A DNA stretch of 64,000 nucleotides, taken from Lepidodermella squamata (taxonomy: Eukaryota; Animalia; Gastrotricha). The stretch is taken from contig JBLDXI010000025.1 of assembly GCA_047495785.1 (NCBI GenBank), positions 1,240,001 through 1,304,000 of the forward strand, read 5' to 3'. The translations under genes and the position numbers were made by a program. Below the pieces are notes generated by a model, which was given only the letters and a program-made list of their open reading frames with translations, had not been told where the DNA came from and made no database searches. Of this stretch, positions 54,481 through 64,000 are shown one piece after another (within the stretch, counting starts at the first letter, position 1; each line of letters starts with the position of its first letter).

Positions 54481-56697
54481 TTCGAAAAATCACCAAATAC
54501 CTAGAATCATTGAGTAAAAAAGTTGAGCTTTATGGCGGTTCGAACCCTTGATTTTGGCGAGGTGGACAGTAGGTGGTAAAATCCAGGGGTTGCAATTACT
54601 ACAACAAACCGTAGTATGACCACGCACACAATTTTCGCACTTAGCGTAGGCATCGATAGTGGAGCCGATAAAGGCATTGTGTTTGATGTTATTTTTTCAT
54701 TAATATTTGTTGTGGCAGACAAAGCGTGGGAACATCAGTGCATGCGCGGCAATGTATCTTCTAATACATCAATCACAATCAAATGGAATTGTTTCGGTTT
54801 CCTGCCGGAGCTCAAGATGGTCAGAAAGAGAAAGACATTTAGAATGTTCAAAAGCAATGAAACATGTTGGGGAACAACACTATTCTGGTGAGCTTATTAA
54901 CTCAGTGACAGAAAATTCAGCTAATTTATACATATCATGTGACGACGTGATCGCATCGAAATATACCGCGGTCAAGTGTGTGGTCAAGGGTAACGAGAGG
55001 GAGGTGACCGTGAGTTCATTATACACATTCCTCCCTCCAGCCAGGATATGTCGAGCGGACATATTTCCTTGTTGATTAGTTTACGATCTCTATAAAACAT
55101 GAGCTAAGACTAACTATTTCTTCAACCGCTCAAGGTAGGCGGTACCATAACTGCAGTTCACTATTTCATGGGATATGACGGAATTAGAGGAAAAGCGCTT
55201 AATACCCAAGAATTTTAATGGTTGCGCTGCATCTTAGGAATTAAAGTAATGTATTATACCCCTTACAAGGGAATTAGACTAGCAATGTGCGACGGTGGTT
55301 ATAGGGATGGGGACAAAGGTGAACTGATACCAGCGGACCCGGTCTACAACCTTTAAAGATTGATAGCGCCTAAGGGATAGAAGAGACTGGCAGGAATGGC
55401 TAGAAGCTAGAAGTCAAGAAAAATGCCGAAGTAAAGTCAAGAAGATCTTATAACCGAAGAAATAATAAGGGAAAGAGCAGACGGATCCCGTAACAAACCC
55501 CGTCCATATGGAAGCAACATATCCGATATTTCTGAAAAAACTGTCAATTGGACATTGACCGAAACAATATTGCTTCAACTAGATGATTTTATAGTAACAG
55601 CAAGATATTCTCGGCTGTGTGGGTGGGTAAAATGTTGGGTTTGCCTTGCCTACGACTTCCTCAAGACCCAAAAGGATACGGACGATAAGTCGAAGGGTGG
55701 AGAACTTTCAATCTCAATTTCAAATAAAAATCAGTCGCATACTGCATGTTGCCTACGTTAAAAATAAAGCCCACGCCTATCATGGAAGGTAAACTTTCTA
55801 TCAATTTCAGCTTTCTACCTCTGGGTTAGTCCGGTTTAGTGTTTACAGTTTGCAGCATCCCTGGACGGTTTGACATAATTCACCATTTGACGCAATTTTT
55901 TATTACTTTTTTGATGAAATTCGCCTACGTATTGCATGACAAGGTCGAAAGTTTTATTTAATTTCGCTGTTGATCTTTGCAATGCGTTCTAAGGTCGAAG
56001 AGCTCTTATTGTCTTTACCTAGGCCATCTAGAATCATGATTCAAAGTCGGGCTTATATTCAAGGCCGAAAAATATGCAAAGGGAAGTTAAGTCCAATATG
56101 AAGTCCAAGTACAGACAAGCGCATGGTAAAAACTGAAATTTGTTGATTTCGCTCAAAAGAAAAGTTCGTATTTTGGTAAGTTTAACGGATAAGCCTTCCA
56201 GGGCTATTCACTATTCACTCTATTATTATTTGTTTTATAGATTTAACAACTTTCTGACATATCTTCACTCAAGCTTTTGCCAAATAATACAGTGTGTCCA
56301 ACATTTTTGCAACATTATAAATTGCGCTGCCATTCGCTCATTTTGGCAAATTTTTCCATGGTTGAACATGATTTCGAAAGCACTAATCGCTAAGTTTATG
56401 TGGTTAAAAGGATTTTGACGTTTCAAAATGCCGATGCGCCAAATTCGCGAATGGCAGCAATTATAATGTTACACAACTTTTTGGATACACTGTACTTGTA
56501 TGATTTATTAATAAAATATTTGCGGTTTTTTGCAATTTTACGTGAATCTTCTAGTAGAGATGGAGAAAATAGGAAGGTCGAAACGTTGAAATAGATGTTT
56601 CAAACATGTTGCTTGATGCCAACACGGGCACCGACGATTTGTCCAATCACTTCAACGTTCGATAGGTCGTTCTGAACACGTGAAAAAGCTGTTCTCA

Positions 56698-57785
56698 TTA
56701 TTCGTTCGTATTCATATTCTCGTAGGACGTTTTTTGGGCTCGTCGGATGGAAAATCTGTGAATATTATGTAAAATTGCAATTATGTAATTTTGGGACAGA
56801 AAATCTTACATTAGAAACGCAATAACTAGTACGGCCACAAAAAGCAGTGCCCCCAGAACGCCGCCCACAATCGCAGCATCGTCGCTTCCAGAGGCGTCTT
56901 TGCGAGCGCACGAAGAGCTATTCGCCAGAATGTGATCCATGCGATCAGCATCGTTGCACATGGATCCGCAGCATGTGCATGTTTTGAAGTAGTCTCCATT
57001 TTCTGCTGTGAAGGTTACCGAGGCTCCACATGGCTTTTGCAGGGTGCTCGCACAGCCCCAGTAGTAGGTGTGGTCCTTCCCATCAAATTTTGACGACTTC
57101 TAATTAAGGAAACTGTTTTCGTTAAAAGCTTATCGATTATCGGAATTCTCACGTGGCAAGATTGCGTTTTAGTGCAAGGAACAGGAACTGCATCCGGGGG
57201 GAGGTAAGGATCGTTTACAGTGTTCTGAGTATCAAAAATTGATTTTGGAAATTTCTGTTTCAAGCGGCGCTTACATCCATCCTCCCAGCAGTGTAACAGG
57301 TCTTATCGTACTCAGGCTGGCCATTACACGTGGCATCTAATTCATGGCCGTTACACATCTCACCACAACACGAACAGAAACGGTAATAGATCGAAATATT
57401 TGCGCCGTAAAACTGACCGCCATACGTGTCCTCGAAGGTGGATCCACACTTCCACATGCGATTGAAGGTCCCAATAGGACTATTGTCGTCTACACAGCCC
57501 CACTGATAGCCTAAAGTCGTTGTAACTATCGGGGAAGTTTCGTTGGCAGAATAAATTGTCTCTAGGTACGCTTTCTGAATGAAAGAAACACCAATTTATG
57601 TTGTTGATTATGTGATAAATAATGATTACATAACACTTCGCATCAGCCGTAGCGTTGCAAATGATAGGCTGGGCATTTTCGGGTAAAGAAGTTCCGTCAA
57701 GCGTTTGTGTTTCAGCGCTGTAACATGTCAAAGCATCCGTCCAGCCTAGCCCTAAAAGAAAGATGATCCCATGGAAGATGTGCAT
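56698..57785 (-). CDS. Type I membrane protein with two three-finger/LU-like domains and a TSYENM tail; exons 57785-57630, 57574-57275, 57224-57153, 57099-56810, 56755-56698
   Basis: Four 50-55-bp GT-AG introns keep frame; each domain begins TCY and ends CxCCGxMCN; TM AIVGGVLGALLFVAVLVIAFLIFSI, then RRAQKTSYENMNTNE. Confidence 0.8.
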
Positions 57786-57892
57786 CGTGTTAAATGTACG
57801 TAAGTGAAAACTTTGCTCGTTCTAATTTCAACTGATAACGCTTATCTCGCACATTTTTATTTCTTCAAAAGAACCCCAGCAATCTCTAATAA

Positions 57893-58273
57893 TCAGCAAT
57901 ACGTTTGATATTCCTCTGCGTATTCAACAAACGAGTTGACAAGCTGTTTGTATTCCTCAATCGGCATGATTTCCTGAGGTTTGTTCGCGGCAACGCTTGC
58001 CATAGCTTGGAGAGACGCCTTTGTGATCTGACCAGCTCTTTTGCAGGCTCCTCTCAGCGAATTTTCGTAACGAGCCAATCGGCTCAAAACTCCAGCTGCC
58101 AAAGCTACATTGCTGCTAGGGCCCGATGTCATATCTCCGCAATAGCGGAGTCGAAAAGCTGCTGCTACAACACTCGGAGGGGCTGTAGATCTCACCGTTC
58201 TGTCATACTCCGCCGATTTGCCGCAGCAAATGAAGACGAAAAAAGTCGTTAAAAATAAAACAGCGAGAGCCAT
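57893..58273 (-). CDS. Small secreted family member 7 (subgroup B; lacks Cys2)
   Basis: ATG 58273 signal peptide; RTVR; AAAFRLRYC...YENSLRGAC...FVEYAEEYQTYC. Confidence 0.82.
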   Translation of the reverse strand: MALAVLFLTTFFVFICCGKSAEYDRTVRSTAPPSVVAAAFRLRYCGDMTSGPSSNVALAAGVLSRLARYENSLRGACKRAGQITKASLQAMASVAANKPQEIMPIEEYKQLVNSFVEYAEEYQTYC

Positions 58274-58544
58274 TTTATTGAATGAATTGTGAAAAGCTTG
58301 AAGAATCCGGAGTGAAAATTTGCAGAATCCTGTGGGATGCTTTAAAAAATGCAAAGTTCTTCGATCAAAGACCTTACTACGCCTTTCCTAGGGCTTGTTT
58401 AATTACGACAAAAAACCAAGGAAATCCGTTTACTCCTGCGTAAGGGAAAAGCACAGGCTTAAGACAAGGGATATGAAAATCAATTATATATACAAAAAGC
58501 GCTTCGGGCAAATTTTGTATTGTATATAAACGCACAAAGTTAGC

Positions 58545-58969
58545 CTAGTGACTTTTCATACTACGGCATTGATTATGGTAATACTCTGATAATCCATTGA
58601 ATTTTGAGATCGTTTTTTCTGCAGCGGGATCTTCAGGTTTAGATGCGCTCAGTGAACTTGCTGTTTCGCACGCAAGCTTTTGAAGTTGTCCGCAGCTCTA
58701 TCCAAGCTGTCAATGAAGGACGGAGTAGCGTCAACTCTAGCTCGGTTGTAGATATTCGCTGTCCCACCGAATCGCAGCACGTTTCGATATTCAGGCTTGA
58801 TTAGATCAAGACAATATCGCAGCTCGAAAGCCGCAGCTCTGATCGCATCAATGTTGACAGGTTTTCGTGAACTCTTTACGAAGTTAACTTCGTCTTGACA
58901 GCTAGTCATAACAAAAACTAAGACCAGAGTTAGAGAATGACCTAAATCCATGGTTAAAAATTCTTGCAT
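58545..58969 (-). pseudogene. Frameshifted family member 8 (B)
   Basis: AAAFELRYC...LDRA in one frame; after a shift near 58695 a second frame reads CGQLQKLACETA...FNGLSEYYHNQCRSMKSH-stop. Confidence 0.75.
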
Positions 58970-59101
58970 TGAAGCTTTACGGATTCGAATAAGTGCCTTA
59001 AATAACTTTGCGCCCCGGCATGCAAAGACGCAATTATAGACTTAAATTCAGATTTTTTATTTTCATAGACATAAAGCCTACGCAAAATCGTTATTTTTCT
59101 A

Positions 59102-59527
59102 CTAATGTTGATGCAGAGACAAGGCGCGGCATTGCCTGCGATACCAGATCGCTGTGGAGGCGAAAGCCTCGATCAGGCTTTGATATGTCGTAGCAGAAAC
59201 TTGCTGCTTCGGGGTAGTCAGCACTTTTGACGCAGCCATGCATGCTGATTTCATCCAGTTGGCACAACGCACATGCAAAACGCTGTCCCCTAGGGACGCG
59301 AAATTACTCGTTGTCCGCGGCGAGCCGTCCCTATCTACGCAATATCGCAGCTCGAACGCACCGGCGACGATGACAGGCGACGGCGTTTTCACGCGCTGAT
59401 GAATCTCAGACGGTTTGTGGCGGTTTGAGATCAAACGCAGCATTTGTTCGAATGCAGCTTCTTGGTTGACAGCTGCCATTGCGCAGCCCAGTGTAGCGAG
59501 AAAAGCGATGATTTCGAACAATTTCAT
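59102..59527 (-). CDS. Small secreted 4-Cys family member 9 (B)
   Basis: ATG 59527; AGAFELRYC...CANWMKSAC...FASTAIWYRRQC. Confidence 0.87.
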   Translation of the reverse strand: MKLFEIIAFLATLGCAMAAVNQEAAFEQMLRLISNRHKPSEIHQRVKTPSPVIVAGAFELRYCVDRDGSPRTTSNFASLGDSVLHVRCANWMKSACMAASKVLTTPKQQVSATTYQSLIEAFASTAIWYRRQCRALSLHQH

Positions 59528-59871
59528 TATATAACAGGAAATCAAATAAAGCGAATGTTGTTTACTCCGACAGCTGTGTATCAGTCGCTCATTAGATTAG
59601 TTTTATCGGCGCTGAAATTCAATTAGGGAGACTTTTTTAAGGGGCGTGGCTGCGCTCAATTACTCGTCATGAAACCTCATCTGGTACGCAGCGAAATTAC
59701 GTAGGCAGGCTTCTGCGATGTCCACTTCAAAGTTTTCGCTGGTCACTTGTATAATAGATGAATGCTGAAATCATAATTCATAAATATTTACACAAATGTA
59801 AGGATTCAACGCCCACATTTTTCGTTTATTTTTGTAAGATAATATGTACTATAAATATTTGCACTAATCGA

Positions 59872-60291
59872 TCACTCATGTCCCCCGACGTGCCTACACT
59901 GCCGTCTGTACCAGATGGCGCTGCGCGCGAAATTTTGAATCAGCGATTTAAAGTTATCCGACGTAGGGGCGGTGAGTTTTGACGAGTTTTGTAATATGGC
60001 ATCAGATGACGCGCAAACGACACGTAAGATTTCATTGCATCGTGCATAGCGCTGAACGTTTCTCATGAAATTCGGCGATAGGATCTTGATGTGGTCATCG
60101 CTTGGACTTTTCGAACAGAATCGAAGCTTGAACGCTCCAGCTGCGATGATCGGCGAGGGCGTGCCGGGGGATACTGAAGAACCAACCGGTCCAGCGAGTC
60201 GCTGAAAAACCGCCTCGAAAGCTTGCTCCTTGTAACTTTTCGCCTCGACCGAAATAGCGGCCGTGAAAAATAGGAGAAGAAATAATTTCAT
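59872..60291 (-). CDS. Small secreted 4-Cys family member 10 (B)
   Basis: Signal peptide; AGAFKLRFC...CNEILRVVC...FARSAIWYRRQC. Confidence 0.87.
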   Translation of the reverse strand: MKLFLLLFFTAAISVEAKSYKEQAFEAVFQRLAGPVGSSVSPGTPSPIIAAGAFKLRFCSKSPSDDHIKILSPNFMRNVQRYARCNEILRVVCASSDAILQNSSKLTAPTSDNFKSLIQNFARSAIWYRRQCRHVGGHE

Positions 60292-60706
60292 AATAATTAC
60301 TCTGGATGTTTAGCTAAAATTCAGCGTATAGGACTGGCGTGTTGTATCGCAGCTCTCGAGGGAAGAATTTCGTCGGGTCAGCTGCGTAATCGGGTGAATC
60401 AGAGTCCTTGATACGCGCGTACTGCTGGCCGTATTCGTCAATAGCGGCGCGACTCGTTTATCACCATAGCGATCGACCGCGGACAGTAAATATATCACTA
60501 GTATGACAACAAGCCGTGACCAATTATGGTAATTTGATAAGCAATAGATAAGCAATACTATATCTGATAAATGTATACCGCCGAAAAAAAATTATTGCTC
60601 GCCACTAGTGTGGCAGCTCATTACCCCGTTTGTCATCGCGTAGCCCCATCCACGTCAAATTAAAACTAAATTCAATAACTTCAGTCCATTTTATTTCGGA
60701 ACAATA

Positions 60707-61165
60707 TTAATAAAAAACACCCTCAAACTTTTTAGATGCGACAATTTTCTTCGTCTGACAATGACGCTGATGCCACATCGCATATAGCGTGAATGCGTCC
60801 AATATCGACTTATATCGGACTTTGTTATTAGCCCTCAGCAGCGACGCCCCTTTGCGGCCACTTGCCATCACTTGGTCAGCTTTCGAGCAGGCGGTTTTAA
60901 GAACACGCTGGCACTTCATCTCTGCGTCGAGATTGTTGAAATCAATCGCCCCAAGCTTCGAATCATTCGTATGAAGAGCGTTTGCGCGCTTGGCTTGAAT
61001 AGGACAGTGTTGTTGTCTGAATTTCCCAGCAAAGGTGACAGCAACTTCCTGTCGTGAAATTGAAGCTGACGTAGCGATTTGCAAAACAAACGCTAAAAAT
61101 ATTAGAGGAATAGCAAATCTCATGATGAAGGCAAAAACTGCGGAAATGATTGAAACGGTGACCAT
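60707..61165 (-). CDS. Small secreted 4-Cys family member 11 (B)
   Basis: Start 61165 or 61123; AGKFRQQHC...CQRVLKTAC...FTLYAMWHQRHC. Confidence 0.85.
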   Translation of the reverse strand: MVTVSIISAVFAFIMRFAIPLIFLAFVLQIATSASISRQEVAVTFAGKFRQQHCPIQAKRANALHTNDSKLGAIDFNNLDAEMKCQRVLKTACSKADQVMASGRKGASLLRANNKVRYKSILDAFTLYAMWHQRHCQTKKIVASKKFEGVFY

Positions 61166-61252
61166 GCCTTCACTACCCCACGCAAAACCTCAAGAGATTG
61201 ACATATATCAGAACATTTTATTTAGCAATCAGAGTGATGCAATAATCATCGA

Positions 61253-61714
61253 TCAATCGCGCTCTTGGCCTATAATGTGTTGACAGTTTTCACGTAGCCA
61301 AATTGCTTTCTCTGCGAATAGCTCCAGAAGTTGCTTGTAGGCGGTGATATTCAGCAGCCAATTGCTGTTAACCGGTGCCGTGACGATGCGATTTGCGTCG
61401 GCGCAAGTTGAGCTGGTTAAACGATAGCATTGAATTGCTCGCTCCAGGGCGCTGAAAAATATTGGCGAGCTTGTTCGTTGTTGTTCTTCAATTATTTGAC
61501 CGGCCTTGCTGCAGTAGCGCTGTTTGTACGAATAAGCGGCGACTACAACACTGGGCAGCTTGACAGTGCTCTCGCCCTTTGAATGGGGAGTGTTAGGGCT
61601 TGGTGGTACATCAACTGGGGCGAACAGTGATTCGACCGTTTCAAATTCAGCCGCGGCGGAAGCGATAAAAATCGCCTTCAGCATTAGTATAGAAATTCCG
61701 ATGCTAGCAGTCAT
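61253..61714 (-). CDS. Small secreted 4-Cys family member 12 (B)
   Basis: ATG 61714; AYSYKQRYC...CYRLTSSTC...FAEKAIWLRENC. Confidence 0.85.
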   Translation of the reverse strand: MTASIGISILMLKAIFIASAAAEFETVESLFAPVDVPPSPNTPHSKGESTVKLPSVVVAAYSYKQRYCSKAGQIIEEQQRTSSPIFFSALERAIQCYRLTSSTCADANRIVTAPVNSNWLLNITAYKQLLELFAEKAIWLRENCQHIIGQERD

Positions 61715-62127
61715 TTCCACTGAAAATAATGACCAAACATGCGCTTGAGGGTGAGCTCAACCGTAGGCTGGGTTGGTGAACGTGGTGGAACGTGACATTT
61801 TCGGGAAATATCTCCATTTAATTGCCAACTACTGACCAGATCAACAGATCTGATGCCATGCTTAGAACAGGTTTTTTGAGTGCATATCCAATTACATCAC
61901 GAGGAGTAGGCTGGACAAATTCTACAGAAAAATGAATTTTCGGAAGTCTCGGACTTTTTTGAACAGGAAACAACCCACATCAAGGCTCGGTGTAGTACAT
62001 CTCGGACCACTCCATTAGCGAATCAGGTTTCTAGTACTAGTACTTGTCTGAAAATAGTTTATTTTTCCCAGCGCGAAAAAGTACAAAATTTCAACTGGAC
62101 GACATGAATTGAGAGAAAAACATGAAA

Positions 62128-62682
62128 TTAAATATTCTGGCAGTTGTCACGAAACCACAAAGCATTGTCAATAAAATTGACGACTCTGGTCTTGAATTGC
62201 TTTAAATTGACATTATTCGGCATTGAAAAGCCCCCTGAATCAGGCGATATTTGACTGGCAATATTGCAAACCGTCCGCAGAGTTCCGTAACACTGAACAA
62301 TTTTGTCGAGCATACTGAAGAAAATAGGCGCAATTTGCTGCTGTTTCGAATTTTCACTGTCAATCGAAATGTCATCAACTGATAACCGGCCGCAGTAATT
62401 TTTCTTGAACGCATGGGCAACGAAAACGATACCAGGGATAACTTTAGAATATCGTGATTTCTTGCCGCCAGTTAGGGCTTTAGTTACAGCGCTCGATATG
62501 ACTAACCGGCTGCGAAGTTGCGAAGTTGACTGCTTCCCAAAAACAGCTGATTCCAGCTTGGTGATGCCATTACTCAAACAAAAATCCGTGGACGAACTTT
62601 TGGAGCATTTTGAAGATTGCACGGCGTTAGCTGGTCGCCGCAGCAAGGTGAAAGAGAAAAAGACAAAGGGCAGGAAAATCAT
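62128..62682 (-). CDS. Small secreted 4-Cys family member 13 (B)
   Basis: AHAFKKNYC...CYGTLRTVC...FIDNALWFRDNC; extra Cys pair in the N-terminal region. Confidence 0.85.
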   Translation of the reverse strand: MIFLPFVFFSFTLLRRPANAVQSSKCSKSSSTDFCLSNGITKLESAVFGKQSTSQLRSRLVISSAVTKALTGGKKSRYSKVIPGIVFVAHAFKKNYCGRLSVDDISIDSENSKQQQIAPIFFSMLDKIVQCYGTLRTVCNIASQISPDSGGFSMPNNVNLKQFKTRVVNFIDNALWFRDNCQNI

Positions 62683-63029
62683 GTCACGTTTTGCGGTTTG
62701 AGGCTTAATCCCGTCCGAAGCGCGCCTTATCTCTCATTGTTTGAGGATAAGCTACTTTGTCAGATTATTAGTGATGTTTACGAATTTAATTTTAACCCGA
62801 ACCGGCAGCTTTATGCGGATATGTGCGAGCTAATTATAGCCTGGCGATCGGAAATCCTCGAGCATATCAGGCGCCCCCGTTCCGGCAAGCTACTACGCTA
62901 GTGCCTTTCATTAACCGAAATTTCGAGAAAATTTTGACTGACAAACCCGAAAGATCATGGCTAATAGAATCAGGAGGGGATTTATTTTGAAAAATACGGA
63001 AATCAACAGACAGAATAATCAGAGTTTAT

Positions 63030-63443
63030 TCACTGCTCCTGAAGACAATGTCCGCTGTACCATACAGCATTTGACGCGAATGAGTCTGCGAATAACCGAT
63101 TCGGCTTATTTTTAACGGCACTTCGCAAAAGTCCATCCGCACTGATGCAAGCTGTGTTGAGAGTTTTGTAGCATTGAACCGCTCGATCGAGTAGGCTTGA
63201 GAACAGTGACTTCATATTTCGAACCATATCAACGACTTCTCGCTCGTCCTTGCCAGAATTCGTGCAGAATTTCATCCGGAAAGAGTGAGCCATGAATATG
63301 GCGCCGGATAGTGACTTCGGGATAACTACAGGTGTTCTCAGGGTGTTAAGCGACATATCTAACAGATTCGGCTCGTCTTGCATCATAACGTTGCACAGAA
63401 CATCTGCCCATGTGAAGGCAGCTAGGAAAAGCGATGTCCTCAT
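63030..63443 (-). CDS. Small secreted 4-Cys family member 14 (B)
   Basis: Signal peptide; AHSFRMKFC...CYKTLNTAC...FASNAVWYSGHC. Confidence 0.85.
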   Translation of the reverse strand: MRTSLFLAAFTWADVLCNVMMQDEPNLLDMSLNTLRTPVVIPKSLSGAIFMAHSFRMKFCTNSGKDEREVVDMVRNMKSLFSSLLDRAVQCYKTLNTACISADGLLRSAVKNKPNRLFADSFASNAVWYSGHCLQEQ

Positions 63444-63928
63444 GATTGGGCTGAGTGAATTATTGACCGAGCTAGTGAATTGCAGACTGAATTACGCTAA
63501 AGTGAGATTTTGCGTGGCTTAAATAGGCTTTGTCTTGCTAATAATCGCCAGATATTTTCGAACTGTCACGAAGTATTTTTTATTTTTAAAAGGCTTTCCG
63601 GTTCGCGAAACGCCCAGAGCTCAAATTGATTTTTCTCTGCGACTTGTCTGTAATAGCGCTTAATGAGAGTTTTATTTCAGACGTACAAAACCTATTCTTT
63701 GTCTGATGTAAATACAATCAGCGCAGTAGACCTAGGCTTCGGCGTTGGCGGAATAGCTTAACCCTAAAATTCCATGAAAAAGTTCAAATTTTCTATAATT
63801 TGACAAAAAGATAAACCTACGATAAATATACGATGATTAGAGTGGCGAGGCCTAATACTGTCCCCAGTATCGCAGCTGCGATTACTGCCCCGTCGTCATG
63901 TGAAGGCGTGATAGTACTTGAAGCAACG

Positions 63929-63987
63929 TGGTTAGCCGCCGTGGATTCGATCTCAGTAACCTGGTTAGCCGTCGTGGATTCGATCTC
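63929..63987. repeat. Short direct repeat (2 x ~26 bp, ~32-bp period)
   Basis: TGGTTAGCCGYCGTGGATTCGATCTC twice; the minus strand resembles a tRNA T-arm/3' end, but the window edge truncates the context. Confidence 0.55.
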
Positions 63988-64000
63988 GCGGCAGCTTTTC

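Noticed and set aside
54507-56594. Short ORFs in the gap between subgroup A and the LU gene (also 49.5-50.7 kb)
   Set aside because: No signal peptide plus family motif and no recognisable domain; treated as non-coding

Overview
Compact invertebrate-type animal genomic DNA (GT-AG introns mostly ~50 bp; the species cannot be identified from sequence alone), made almost entirely of cell-surface and secreted protein genes. (1) 1.1-48 kb: a tandem array of class C (GABA-B-type: Venus flytrap + 7TM, no cysteine-rich domain) GPCR genes. It has 8 intact single-exon + strand paralogs, one paralog broken by a MITE plus a frameshift, one 5' fragment, and two divergent intron-containing - strand genes. 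(2) Inside this array, a two-exon gene not captured by the ORF track encodes a signal peptide plus 21 copies of QDAANPEGSR; its repeat variation is synonymous except in the last two units, so it is a candidate multi-copy peptide precursor. It sits beside tRNA-Ala(AGC) in a near-identical 2147-bp tandem duplication. (3) Two paralogous four-exon genes encode sushi-sushi-LU(three-finger) proteins, and a five-exon gene encodes a double three-finger type I membrane protein with a YENM tail. (4) 48-63.5 kb: 14 single-exon - strand genes of a divergent small secreted family I do not recognise, sharing a 4-Cys motif (AxxF[RK]xxxC...Cx7C...Fxxx[AD]xxYxxxC); one is membrane-tethered and one frameshifted. 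Several MITEs (one carrying two tRNA-like cassettes) and an RTE-like LINE remnant are also present. The leading hypothesis, which is inference only, is a linked receptor/secreted-ligand chemical-communication locus.
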